From positions 875,304 to 939,303 of the forward strand of contig NW_015163102.1 of the NCBI RefSeq assembly GCF_001447785.1: a DNA stretch of 64,000 bases, in the 5' to 3' direction. The DNA comes from Gekko japonicus (Eukaryota). The notes under the pieces were generated by a model that saw only the letters and a program-made list of their open reading frames with translations, did no database searches and had not been told where the DNA came from. The translations under genes were made by a program, and so were the position numbers. Numbering within the stretch: position 1 is the stretch's first letter; each line of letters begins with the position of its first letter. Of the stretch, positions 38,280 through 49,329 are shown piece after piece.

Positions 38280-38750
38280 TTAGTTTATTTATTGATTTGA
38301 TGTCTAGACTCCAAGTAGGGGTCAGGGGAGTTCATAACATTCAGTAAGTACACTCGGTCATTCCAATAAATAATCTTAAGAACAGGTTAAAAATTTAAAC
38401 AACAATCAAACTATTCCAGATGGCATTAAACATTTGTATCGTACCCCTTGGAGTGGCGGAGAGGTGAAGGATAGAGGAGGCCAGGCTTGATGTCAACCAT
38501 TGCTGTCCTCAACCATAGGCCTGGCAGAACATCTCTGTCTTATAGGCCCTGCGGAACTCATTGGGTCCCACAGGGCATGGATGTCATTAGGCAGAGAGTT
38601 CAACCAGGCTGGCTCTGGTCAAGGACAGCCAGATATCCTTCAGGCCAGGGATTGCCAGAAGATTTTTCTCACCAAAGCATAATGCTTTTTGATAGCTATT
38701 TATTTATTTTTTTGTATTTGAGGGTTATGCCAGGAGAGATGGGCTCATAG
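38280..38750 (-). mobile_element. Degraded L2-like LINE 3' fragment
   Basis: taggccctgcggaac...ggcagagagttcaaccaggc resembles the reverse complement of an APxLWNSLP-coding L2 3' end. Confidence 0.45.
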
Positions 38751-40564
38751 ATTTGTTGGCCCCGACCCTTTAGGGTTTTTTCTTTCTTTTCCATTTTGTA
38801 TATTTCTGGAGCCTCTCTGCTTAACCCTTTTGGTTACCTAGCATGGGTTATTTACATGAATGGTGTATACTTTTGTTCAGTGTGAAGAGCCACATGCTAA
38901 AGGATTATGTTTCTTTTTCCAACACAAGGAGTGTTGTGGAGGAATATTCTTGAGATTACTAGAACAAGGTCAAAGACAACTGATTGGGAATCCCCATCCC
39001 CTATAATTTAATTCTAAATGAATAAAGCATGGGTCTTTTGACTTTACTGAATTTTTGTTGGCAGCCCATTGGTATTTACCTTCCATTGTAGAACCATAGT
39101 TGCTCTTGTGGTTGAAGTAATGCTTCATAAAAAGAAAATTTGTCAGTGCCAAAAGATCGCTCTATAACAGAAATGTATTCTTATAATGTATTGAGATACT
39201 AATGTGATCCTCTGAGGGAGAAAACTAATAAGGAGAATTTGTCTCCCTGGGATGTGAATTATTCATCATATATTTCTCTGCTAAATAGTTCATTAGTATT
39301 GTTTGAACAAGAATATGTTCTCTAGAAAATGCCTGTAGGGTTGTATAACAAATGGGGATGTTTTTAAGTCAGAAAAAAATGTTTTCAAGGGGAGAATCTG
39401 AAGAATTTTTTTCTGGAGGTGGAATATTTGATCGCCCTTCTTATGGTTTGGATGCTGAATTAGATTTAAAGAGGAACAATCAATATGTATCATTTTATTA
39501 TCAAGGACAGATTTAATAACAAATGTTGCAATACTGAAGTGTTGGTTATGATTTTGATATTTCTAATGACCATTGCAGAAAATGCTCCACTTTAATATAT
39601 ATGTTTCAATCATAGCACCCTTGATGTTTCTTCAAAATGTGGTGGATGCATTTTTATAGAACATTGATTTTCATGGGGGTTCATTTTTTTAGGAATGATT
39701 TCTCATCCATGCCATCTCAACCTGAAAATCCCTGGTTTGATTTCAGTTCTCCAGATATGAATCTGTTTTCAAGGTTTTACCCCCTACATCGTTGCCCCAA
39801 ATTTTCATATATATGTATTTGCCAATATTTTCCTGTCATTGAATTAGCATTGTTCATGTTGCAAGTATAAGTGGTGTATTGTTTAAATATTGTGCGTGCA
39901 CAGCTCTCTGGATGAGTGGGTTTCCTTTTTTTTTAACTGAATTTTGTTTCCTCTGTACTGAAATCTCTTCTTTTTCCTCATCCCCCGCTCAAATGTGAAA
40001 TGGTATTTCTCGTCAAAACTGCAAGCTACTCTAAGAATGGGAAATAGCTGAAAATAATGGGACATGCTTATTGCATTTACTCTTCCTTTTGGTAAGGCTG
40101 ATGCTGTGATTTCTGAGATCCTGGGCTTTTTTCTTCTTCTAAGAAACATTTGACAGTTTTAAAAGGTAAATGTAATTCTAGGGAAATTAATAGACCTGTA
40201 ATACCCAGAGCATCTGCTGCTGCATTTAAAATTAAAAGCAGACTGCAGGTTTTCTTTTTCCTTAATGCCTCTATAATTAATATAGGTAAGTTTCCCCTTC
40301 CTTAATTATCATACTATATATCAGCTTCTTGAAATATATGGAGGTAGGAAGAGCTGTAATACAATTTCTCCCTTTTACTTTATGCTGCATATTTGCAATA
40401 TAATGTGATTAGCAGAAAGATGACACTAATTTTAGTTTCCATAGGAAGTAGTAACAATTTATTCAAAGATGTGTAACCATAATCAAAACCTTAATTACTG
40501 TACATGGAAATTAGAGGATAAAGTAGCTCCCCAAAACAACACACTAGCATTAGAAAAATACTCA

Positions 40565-40655
40565 CCAGGGACTTGGACTGCCAAAAAGACAATTAAGTGG
40601 GTCCTAGACGAGATCAAGCCTCAACTCTCCCTAGAAGCTAAAATGACTAAACTGA
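40565..40655 (+). mobile_element. Short older RTE-clade LINE fragment
   Basis: WTAKKTIKWVLDEIKPQLSLEAKMTKL aligns with the BovB C-terminal WTARRSNQSILKEINPDCSLEGQIMKL in this window. Confidence 0.7.
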
Positions 40656-42478
40656 CCACCTTCGTAATTGTTCTCAAGGGGAAATTGGTACTTTAATACA
40701 TATTTTGTCGAATCTCCTCTTTATATTAGCCTTAGGAATAGGTTTTTAACACACTACCTAGATAATTTTTCATCTTTGTCTCATTATAAGCCGGTTTAAT
40801 GCCTTTTATCTGACAGATTTCCAAACTTAAGCCTTGCTGTTGCAAGATTTTTCCAGTGGTTTAGTGTTGCGTCCAGATGATGCTACTTAACAGATGGGTT
40901 TTTGACTGCTCAAGACTTTTAGTCAAGGAGCTTTAATCAGATTAAAGGAAAGGAAAGGAAACAGAGCCAGTGTGATGCAGTAGTTAGTGTTGGACTACAG
41001 CTAGCTTCACAACTACAACTAGCTTCACATCCTTGTTCAGCCATGAAACTCACTAGGTGACCTTGGGTCAGTCAGTCTCTCTTAGCCATGTATGCCACCT
41101 TGAGTTCCTTGGAGGAAGGGCAAGATTAAAAAAATGTGATTGATAGAGGAATGAAGAAATATGCAAAAGCACAATTAACATCTCTTCGGGTTAGAAGTAA
41201 CACATTAAAACATCGTTGGGGAATAGGTCAGGAGAGGCATTTCCTTCTGTCTTGAATTTCAATCCTCATGTAATTATTCCTCTGGAACACATATATTTCT
41301 GTTCAGTTCACTGATTTTACATGTTGAGGGCCAGAATACATGATACTAAATCCATGTGTCACAACACAAGTTTCCAACCTGACTCGTGGTTATACAGTCT
41401 AGTGTAGGCACGCCTTTAGAAAGTTCTCAGCTGAAAATGGGGTGTAGGGGAAGGAAGAACTTCCACCCCAAAAACATTTTTGCCAACAGAAATGGCACCG
41501 GGGGCTCTGTGCCCCTTCCTCTAGGACCATGAATCCATACCAGGACTCTTGAAGCCAGAAGAAGGGACAAATAGGGCCCCCAGAACAAGCTCTATTGGTG
41601 GAAGTGGCTTGGGAGGGAAACCTGAAGCCCTTCTCTTCCCTGCACCCTGTTTACAGCCAGATGGAGAAACTCAGATATTTTTTAAAGTCAGTCCCTACTA
41701 GATCATGTCCTCACTCGGGCAGTGCCAAAACCCACTGGCACTGGTTCTGCTGGGTACATTGCACTGGTTCTGCTGCTGGCCTTGCAAACATGCCCCCTCC
41801 CCACACCTCACTTTCTACTGCAGAGAGTCTCTGGGAGAATTTTCTCTGCTTGTCATGTGCCTGCCTTTCTTTTTCCCCAACACTGGAAACAATGCAGATT
41901 CTCAGATTTGACCTTAGTCCTCTTGGGTTTGGGCACTAGTTCAGTTAGTCACATTGCAGTGGTTCTGCTGCTGGCCTTGCAAACATGCCCCCTCCCCACA
42001 CCTCACTTTCTAATGCAGAAATTATCTGAGAAAATCTGCTGGGCTTCTATGCCTGCTTTGCTTCCCCCCACAAACACACCATTGGAAACAATGGTTCACA
42101 TAGAATCTGACCCTGTGGTCCAATCTTCTTGAAACGTGGGGGTTCTTTTGGGGAGAGACTCCAGCAGCTACCTTGCAAATTTGGTGCGTCTACCTCAAAA
42201 CTCCTCCTCCTTCAGCCCACTGAATATACCCTAGGAGATTTGTCATTGACTATAATGGCCCCATAGGGTATAATGGAGCCAAAATAATGGGATTCCCGAA
42301 TTAATTTGGGATCACTGCCTTGTCGTGGCGAGGGGGCTTGCGTGGTTCAATGAGGCTGTGGGCTATGCTGTGGAGGGCCACCCAAGATGGACAGGCCACA
42401 GCAGAGAACTCAGATGAAGTGTGATCCACTGGAGAAGGAAATGGCAACCTACTCCAGTATTTTTGCCAAGAAAACCCC

Positions 42479-44620
42479 ATGGACAGTAACAAAAGGCTAA
42501 AAGATATGATGCCGGAAGATGAGCCCATCAGGTTGGAAGGTGTCCAATATGCTAACGGGGAAGAGCAGACGGCAAATACAAATAACCCCAGAAAGAGTGA
42601 AGCGAAAGGACGCTCAGTTGTGGATGTGACTGATGGTGAAAGGAAAGTCCGATGCTGCAAAGAACAATACTGCATAGGAACCTGGAATGTAAGATCTATG
42701 AATCAAGGTAAGCTTGACGTGGTCAAAAATGAGATGGCAAGACTGAACATCGATATCCTAGGAATCAGTGAACTAAAGTGGACAGGAATGGGCGAATTTA
42801 ACTCAGAAGACCATTATATCTACTACTGTGGCCAGGAATCTCGTAGAAAAAATGGTGTGGCCTTTATAGTCAACAAGAGAGTGCAAAAGGCAGTACTGGG
42901 ATACAATCTCAAAAATGACAGAATGATTTCTGTCCGATTCCAAGGCAAACCATTCAACATCACAGTAATCCAAGTCTATGCCCCAACCACTGATGCAGAA
43001 GAGGCTGAAGTGGACCGGTTCTATGAAGACCTACAACACCTCCTAGAACTAACACCAAAAAATGATGTCCTCATCATCATAGGGGACTGGAATGCTAAAG
43101 TAGGAAGTCAAAAGGTAACCGGAATAACAGACAAGTTTGGCCTTGGAAAGCAAAATGAAGCAGGGCAAAGGTTAACAGAGTTTTGTCAAGAGAACACACT
43201 GGTCATAGCGAACACCCTTTTCCAACAACCTAAGAGACGACTCTACACATGGACATCACCAGATGGGCAACACCGAAATCAGATTGACTATATAATTTGC
43301 AGTCAAAGATGGAGAAGCTCTATCCAGTCAGTAAAAACAAGACCTGGAGCTGACTGTGGTTCAGATCATGAGCTACTCATTGCAAAATTCAGACTTAAAC
43401 TGAAGAAAATTGGGAAAACCACGAGGCCATTCAGGTTTGACCTAGATCGCATCCCTGATGAATATACAGTAGAGGTGAAGAATAGATTCAAGGGTCTGGA
43501 TTTGATAGATAGAGTGCCTGAAGAACTATGGACAGAGGTTCGTGACATCGTACAGGAGGCAGCAATCACCACCATACCAAAGAAAAAGAAATGCAAGAAA
43601 GCAAAATGGCTTTCTGATGAGGCTTTACAAATAGCAGAGGAAAGAAGGAAAGCGAAAGGCAAAGGCGAAAAGGAAAGATTTACCCAACTGAACGCAGATT
43701 TCCAGAGAACAGCAAGGAGAGATAAGGAGGCCTTCCTGAATGAACAGTGCAAAGTAATAGAAGAAAACAATAGAATGGGAAGGACTAGAGATCTCTTCAA
43801 GAAAATTGGAGAAATCAAGGGAGCGTTCCATGCAAAGCTGGCCATGATAAAGGACAAAAACGGTAGGGACCTAACAGAAGCAGAAGAGATTAGGAAAAGA
43901 TGGCAAGAATACACAGAAGAACTATACAAGAAAGACCTCGATGTCCTTGACAACCACGACGGTATAATCACTGACCTCGAGCCAGACATCCTGGAATGTG
44001 AAGTTAAATGGGCCTTAGAAAGCATTACTAACAACAAAGCTAGTGGAGGTGATGGTATCCCAGCTGAGCTATTCAAAGTCTTAGAAGAGGATGCTGTTAA
44101 AGTTCTGCACTCCATTTGCCAGCAAATTTGGAAAACGCAACAGTGGCCACAGGATTGGAAAAGATCAGTATACATTCCAATCCCAAAGAAGGGCAATGCC
44201 AAGGAATGTTCAAACTATCGCACAATTGCACTCATATCACACGCTAGCAAGGTCATGCTCAAGATCCTACAAGCTAGGCTTCAACAGTACGTGGATAGAG
44301 AACTACCAGAAGTACAAGCTGGGTTTCGAAGAGGTAGAGGAACGAGAGATCATATTGCCAACATTCGCTGGATTATGGAGAAAGCAAGAGAGTACCAGAA
44401 AAATATCTACTTCTGCTTCATTGACTATGCTAAAGCCTTTGACTGTGTGGATCACAACAAACTATGGCAGGTCCTTAAAGAGATGGGAGTACCAGACCAC
44501 CTCACATGTCTCTTGAGAAAAAGTCTGCATGGTCAAAGCAATGGTATTCCCAGTAGTCATGTATGGGTGCGAGAGTTGGACTATAAGGAAGGCCGAGCGC
44601 CGAAGAATAGATTCTTTTGA
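42479..44620 (+). CDS. BovB ORF: intact APE endonuclease plus N-terminal half of RT, then out-of-frame read-through after the deletion at about 44520
   Basis: GTWNVRSM, ILGISE, GDWNAKVG, QIDYI and SDH (APE); IPKKG, YRTIALIS, QAGFR and FIDYAKAFD (RT); no QG or YADD motif. Element ORF, expression unknown. Confidence 0.9.
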   Translation: MDSNKRLKDMMPEDEPIRLEGVQYANGEEQTANTNNPRKSEAKGRSVVDVTDGERKVRCCKEQYCIGTWNVRSMNQGKLDVVKNEMARLNIDILGISELKWTGMGEFNSEDHYIYYCGQESRRKNGVAFIVNKRVQKAVLGYNLKNDRMISVRFQGKPFNITVIQVYAPTTDAEEAEVDRFYEDLQHLLELTPKNDVLIIIGDWNAKVGSQKVTGITDKFGLGKQNEAGQRLTEFCQENTLVIANTLFQQPKRRLYTWTSPDGQHRNQIDYIICSQRWRSSIQSVKTRPGADCGSDHELLIAKFRLKLKKIGKTTRPFRFDLDRIPDEYTVEVKNRFKGLDLIDRVPEELWTEVRDIVQEAAITTIPKKKKCKKAKWLSDEALQIAEERRKAKGKGEKERFTQLNADFQRTARRDKEAFLNEQCKVIEENNRMGRTRDLFKKIGEIKGAFHAKLAMIKDKNGRDLTEAEEIRKRWQEYTEELYKKDLDVLDNHDGIITDLEPDILECEVKWALESITNNKASGGDGIPAELFKVLEEDAVKVLHSICQQIWKTQQWPQDWKRSVYIPIPKKGNAKECSNYRTIALISHASKVMLKILQARLQQYVDRELPEVQAGFRRGRGTRDHIANIRWIMEKAREYQKNIYFCFIDYAKAFDCVDHNKLWQVLKEMGVPDHLTCLLRKSLHGQSNGIPSSHVWVRELDYKEGRAPKNRFF

Positions 44621-44900
44621 ACTATGGTGCTGGAGAAGACGCTTGAGAGTCCCTTGGACTGCAAGAAGATCAAATCAGTCAATCCTAAAAGAAATCAACC
44701 CTGACTGTTCCCTGGAAGGTCAGATAATGAAACTGAAGCTCAAATACTTTGGCCACCAAATGAGAAGGGAGCACTCACTGGAGAAGACCCTGATGCTGGG
44801 AAAGATTGAAGGTCAAAGAAGATGGGGACGACAAAGGATGAGATGGTTAGACAGTGTCATAGATGCAACGAACATGAAATTGAGCAAACTTCAGAGGTAG
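44523..44900 (+). pseudogene. BovB ORF C-terminal segment after the deletion
   Basis: VKAMVFPVVMYGCESWTIRKAERRRIDSFELWCWRR...KLKYFGH...RWLD. Confidence 0.9.
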
Positions 44901-45455
44901 CGGAAGACAGGAAGGCCTGGCGTGGTCTGGTCCCTGGGGTCGCGAAGAGTCGGACTCGACTGTGCGACTGAACAACAACAAAATTTTTATCAGTAAACTG
45001 AACCAGATCAAATAATCTGATTCAGATTAACTAATGCCTGAAACATGCTAAAAAGGCTTGATTTGGGTATTAGTTCAGCTCAGAAATGCCGAATGCACAT
45101 CTCTAAGAACACTTGAAACTCACAGACTCTTACCTAAATTAGACTGGCAAGCTGATATCAAGACCCAGGAGACACAGAAATACAGGAGGAGGGTGAGATA
45201 ACAGCTTTGGGAGCCTTCAAACACAGACTGATGATTTTCCTGGTTAATCTTGAAAACAGGTCCCATTTTTTTGTATCTCTAAAAATCCTGGATACATTTA
45301 GGAGACTCAGATATATCTGTAAAATACTGGTAAGGTATTAATAGCCAAATGTACATCTCTATCCTGGAGTAGGCATTAAAAACACACTTGAATATCTTCC
45401 ATCCCACCCCTATTCTGAAATCTGAGCTAGCATCCATGGAGATACATGAGATATA

Positions 45456-45977
45456 AGAGCCAGTTTGATGTAGTGGTTAAGTCTGCAGACTGTAATCTGG
45501 GAGAACCAGGTTTGATTCCCCAATCCTCCACTTGCACCTGCTAGATGACCTTGGGCAAGCCATAGTTCTTGCACAGCAGTTCTTGAAAAAGAGCAGTTTC
45601 TGTCAGAGCTCTCTCAGCCCCACCTACCTCACAGGCAATGTTCCCTCTAAACTGTGGAGTCTTGTGAGCAAAAATTCTATTCTGTGAGCTACTGGCATTA
45701 AACTTGTGAGCACGTGATTTGGCTACTGCATAAATTAGTTTCCTCTAGAGCCATCATTCCTGAGCTAAGACAAAAATGTGTGAGCTGGAGGCTAAAAAAC
45801 AGCGAGCTAGCTCACACTAACTCAGCTTAGAGGGAACATTGCTCACAGGGTGTCTGTTGTGGGGAAGGGAAGGGAACGAAGTTTGTAAGCCACTCTGAGA
45901 CTCCTTTGGGTAGTGAAGGGCGGGGTATAAATCCAATTTCTTCTTCTTATTCTTCTTCTTATTCTTCTTATTCTTCT
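45456..45977 (+). mobile_element. Squam3-like SINE interrupted by a hAT MITE
   Basis: SINE head at 45456; body resumes after 45849; (TTC/TTA)n tail. Confidence 0.85.
45636..45841. mobile_element. hAT MITE (same family as 30927-31137)
   Basis: TIRs caatgttccctctaa...ttagagggaacattg; 8-bp TSD ctcacagg at 45628-45635 and 45842-45849. Confidence 0.95.
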
Positions 45978-46542
45978 CTCCCCCCCCCATCTTTGTTTGT
46001 AGATGCATGAATATTTTCTGTACAACTCATTGTTCAAGAGTTGTGGATTATACCATCATGGACATGGGGGGGGGGAGCTAGCTTTAATGAACATATCAGA
46101 CCTTGTTTCTAGGCTGTGAAATGAAAACCACTTACTCCCACACCACTACTAAGGAGTAAGTGGTTTCAGTTTTACAGTTCAACTCCCAGAGGAAGTCGGT
46201 GGCTTTAAGGGTTTCAGGAATCTCGTAACAACAAAGCACTTCTGTAAAGTTAAAATTGCTTGTCTTAAGGGAAACAGCTCTCACCTCTGCCTTTCCCACT
46301 GAGGAGGTTTGTTTTTTACAGAATCTCTTTTTGTGCTCTTCCTACAACTCTGCTGCTATCTCTGTACTGCCTTTCAAGATGCTGCAGAGCTTTAATTGCA
46401 TGATTTTCTGCCTTTCAGAAAGAAACGGGCCTGGATTATTTCCTTGTGTTCCTGGAAAACATCTGTTTTCTACATTCAGTGTTCTAGCTCTGATCTACTC
46501 AGAAATTTGTACTGTGTAGAGAGCTCTGGTAAATCTTCGTAG

Positions 46543-47503
46543 GGCCCTTTATGCACATAGCATACTTCAGATTTTCAGTGAAGTGGGGTCAGTTGGGCTT
46601 TACTTTGAATGCTGTCCCTGCACTCTGCACCTGTTCTTCCTTCCTCTCCGATTTTCTATTGGGAATCAAGGAGTATATATTCTGCGTACCAATGAGAAAA
46701 CCCTGGGTTTGTCTCTCCTGATTCGTCATTTTCGCACTGGGCATGTCTTTTTGAATTAGAAGATCCTTCGAGCTGAATTTGCTGTGGGCCAAACAAGAAA
46801 AATAGACCTCCCAGTACTAAGACAAAGAGCAAGCAACAAACTGGGGGAAAGTGGTAGAAAACCCATTACAACACTTAGATATGTACACAAATACAGTAAT
46901 TTATATATTTAGATGCTATATCAAAATTTACAATATTTATATGCAAGGCATATTAGCCATAACAATACAATATCTTAGTGCTATATAATAGAACATTGCA
47001 ATTTGTATTTTTCTATTATATAGCACTAAGAATTTACTGTGGGGTCACCACTGGTGTTTCCTCCACCTTTATCGGTGCACACGTGCCACCATTGGTTATG
47101 CTTTCCATCTGTACATTTTTTTTCCCCCAAGGCAAGTTTAGTCTAGCATTAGGAGTTTCACACTAATCTGGGAAGGTTGGAGAAAAAAATCATTGGCAGG
47201 GAATGCTTTAAAAGTTTGACTAGCAGTGCTGTGTGTGTATGTGTGCAGTTAAAATATTTGGAGGGATTGTGTATGCTTTTAAATTACTTTCAGCTTGGAA
47301 GTGAAGCAAGGGGGAAAATAATCACAAAAGCAGTTTGAGAAAAGCTAGGGAAACAGTAGACTGAAATCAGGCTCAGCGCTGATGGGGGGATCAATGCAGA
47401 AAGAAAAAGAAAACACAATTTCAGTGCGTAGGGGGATGCAGAAGGGGGGGAGCCAACAGTGATGCACAGAGAATGCGAGGGAAACAGATGTGCATAAAGG
47501 GCC
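46543..47503. mobile_element. Harbinger-like non-autonomous TIR element
   Basis: Perfect 16-bp TIR ggccctttatgcacat / atgtgcataaagggcc; the right end is homologous (inverted) to about 9772-9930. TSD not preserved. Confidence 0.7.
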
Positions 47504-47656
47504 AAATTTTCAGCTTCTGTGTCAGAATGGACACATTTGACTGGAAGGGCGGGGGTTCAGTCAAACAGCTATAAAAATTGAACTATTCCTTCAAACTTCA
47601 TTTTGTAATCTTCCATTAGTCTAAGTGAGGAAGGCAGACTATAAATTAAGTAAATA

Positions 47657-48955
47657 CCCTGACATGGGTAGCCCAGGCTAGCCAGTCTTTTCAGATCCTG
47701 AAAGCTAAGCAAGTTTAACCCTGGTTCATATTTGGATAGGAGACCACCATGGCATACCAGGGTTGCTATCCAGAGGCAGGCAATTGCAAACCCAGGGCTG
47801 GCCCCAGGTATTTTTGCACACTAGGCAAGGACACCTTCTGACACCCCCCTTATGCCCACCCATTTCTGGCTCCCCCCGCAGCCGCCTGGGTTCATCCCTC
47901 CCTCCCAGCAGCCTCGCTTGGGCACATTTTTTCAGAGGTCAGCCCCGAAGAGACCTGCCCACAAGGCCGCCGCCAAAGTGGTCATCGCTGGAGACCCACC
48001 CGCAAGGGACGCCCGCCTGGTCACAGCGCCTGCCCGCCCGGGCTCATGAGCTCTCCAGCCCTGCTGGCAGCCACCTGCACTGGCTGGCCACAGCGTCTCA
48101 CCAGCCTCCCAGCAGGCCACTGAAGCCTGGCCGTGCTCACCTTGGCCACCGCCTCCTCTGCCAGACCCTGCCCCCGGGCTGATCTCTGAGCATGCACAGA
48201 GGGAGCACCCATGGGCCATGCAGCTCGCCCAGGGCATGGAGAGGCAGGGTCAGAGGGGGGACAGAGGCTGCTCCGGGCATGGGGGGAGGTGCAGGAGGGG
48301 TTAAAAGCTGAGCAGAAACTTTGCTGCCACCGCCTGCCTCACACTCCCCCAGCTTCTCCTCACCCTCGGGATGGAAGCAGAGGCCAGCTGGCACAGCGAG
48401 GGATCCCGGGCTGCAGCTGCCTGCAGAAAAGGTTTATCTTGCTTGAAAACCGGCTTGCCCCAGCCCGCTGTCCCCACCAGACAGCCAGGATTCGCACCCC
48501 CTGCCTGACTGCTGCTGCCTCCCACAAAGGCCAGTCCAGGGCTGAGGACTCTGCCAGCTGCCTCTCTGCTGCAATGCCAAGCCCGGACGCCTTCCTGTGG
48601 AGGGAGGGATGGGGGGGAGGAAGCGCACTGGGGCTGCCCGCCCAGGGGAACATTGGCACTCCCAGCTCCAGCAGCAGCAGCGTGAAACTTGAGAGCAGGA
48701 CTTTTGGTGGGGAGGGGGGAGAAAGAGGCAGAAGCAGCTGGGGTCAGGGGGTGACGCAGCACACAGGGCTTTTGGCAGGGGGGTTTTGGCGGGGGGGCGG
48801 GTGCAGTTTGGCACCCTAAGGGCCGGCCCGCCATAGGCGAACGCCTAGTGAGTGAGCCAGCCCTGGGCAAACAACCTCTGGTCACCTTTTGCCTTGAAAA
48901 CCCTATGGGGTCATCATATGTCAGCTGCAACTTGATGGCAATTTCTACCACCATC
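47657..48955 (+). mobile_element. 5S-derived SINE split by a hAT element
   Basis: 5S-like head 47657-47765; the tail ...ggcaa(t/g)gcaaacc|...acctctg...gccttgaaaaccctatggggtc resumes at 48866. Confidence 0.8.
47793..48865. mobile_element. GC-rich non-autonomous hAT-like element
   Basis: TIR cagggctggc / gccagccctg; 8-bp flanks tgcaaacc and ggcaaaca, each one mismatch from an inferred ggcaaacc TSD. Confidence 0.8.
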
Positions 48956-49002
48956 AGTCTAGTGGAATACATGAGGAAATTTTCTGTCTGAAAAAAACCT
49001 CC

Positions 49003-49279
49003 CGGTTTGGTGTAGCAGTTAAAAGTGGCGGACTCTAATCTGGGAGAACCAGGTTTGATTCCCCCACTCCTCCGCATGCAGCCAGTTGGGTGACCTTGGG
49101 TCAGTCACAGTTCTCTCAGAGCTGCTCTCTCAAGAGCAGTTCTCGAAAAAGCTCTCTCAGCCTCACCTACTTCACAGGGTGTCTGTTGTGGGGAGAGGAG
49201 GGGAAAGGACATGGTAGGCTGCTCTAAGACTCCAAGTGAAGGGTGGAGTATAAATCCAATCTCCTCCTCCTCCTCCTCC
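49003..49279 (+). mobile_element. Squam3-like SINE
   Basis: Same structure as 12020-12305. Confidence 0.85.
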
Positions 49280-49329
49280 ATTGTCTTCATCTTTGTCTTT
49301 CTTCGCTCTACTCCAAACTACCTTTGTTC

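Larger units (their letters stand above)
42308..44982 (+). mobile_element. BovB (RTE-clade) LINE, 5'-complete, internally deleted in RT
   Basis: 5' gggatcactgccttgtcgtggcgagggggcttgcg; ggagaaggaaatggcaacc motif; 3' ggggtcgcgaagagtcggactcgact and (CAA)n tail; possible short TSD aattt. Confidence 0.95.

Noticed and set aside
38835-38975. Possible host exon (ctag...AAG|gtcaaa)
   Set aside because: All three forward frames hit stop codons.
43366-44202. 278-aa minus-strand ORF
   Set aside because: Antisense shadow of the BovB ORF; Ser/Leu/Phe-rich with no recognisable domain.
47763-49077. Multiple overlapping ORFs up to 258 aa
   Set aside because: Expected from stop-codon scarcity in a GC-rich transposon interior; no domain motifs.
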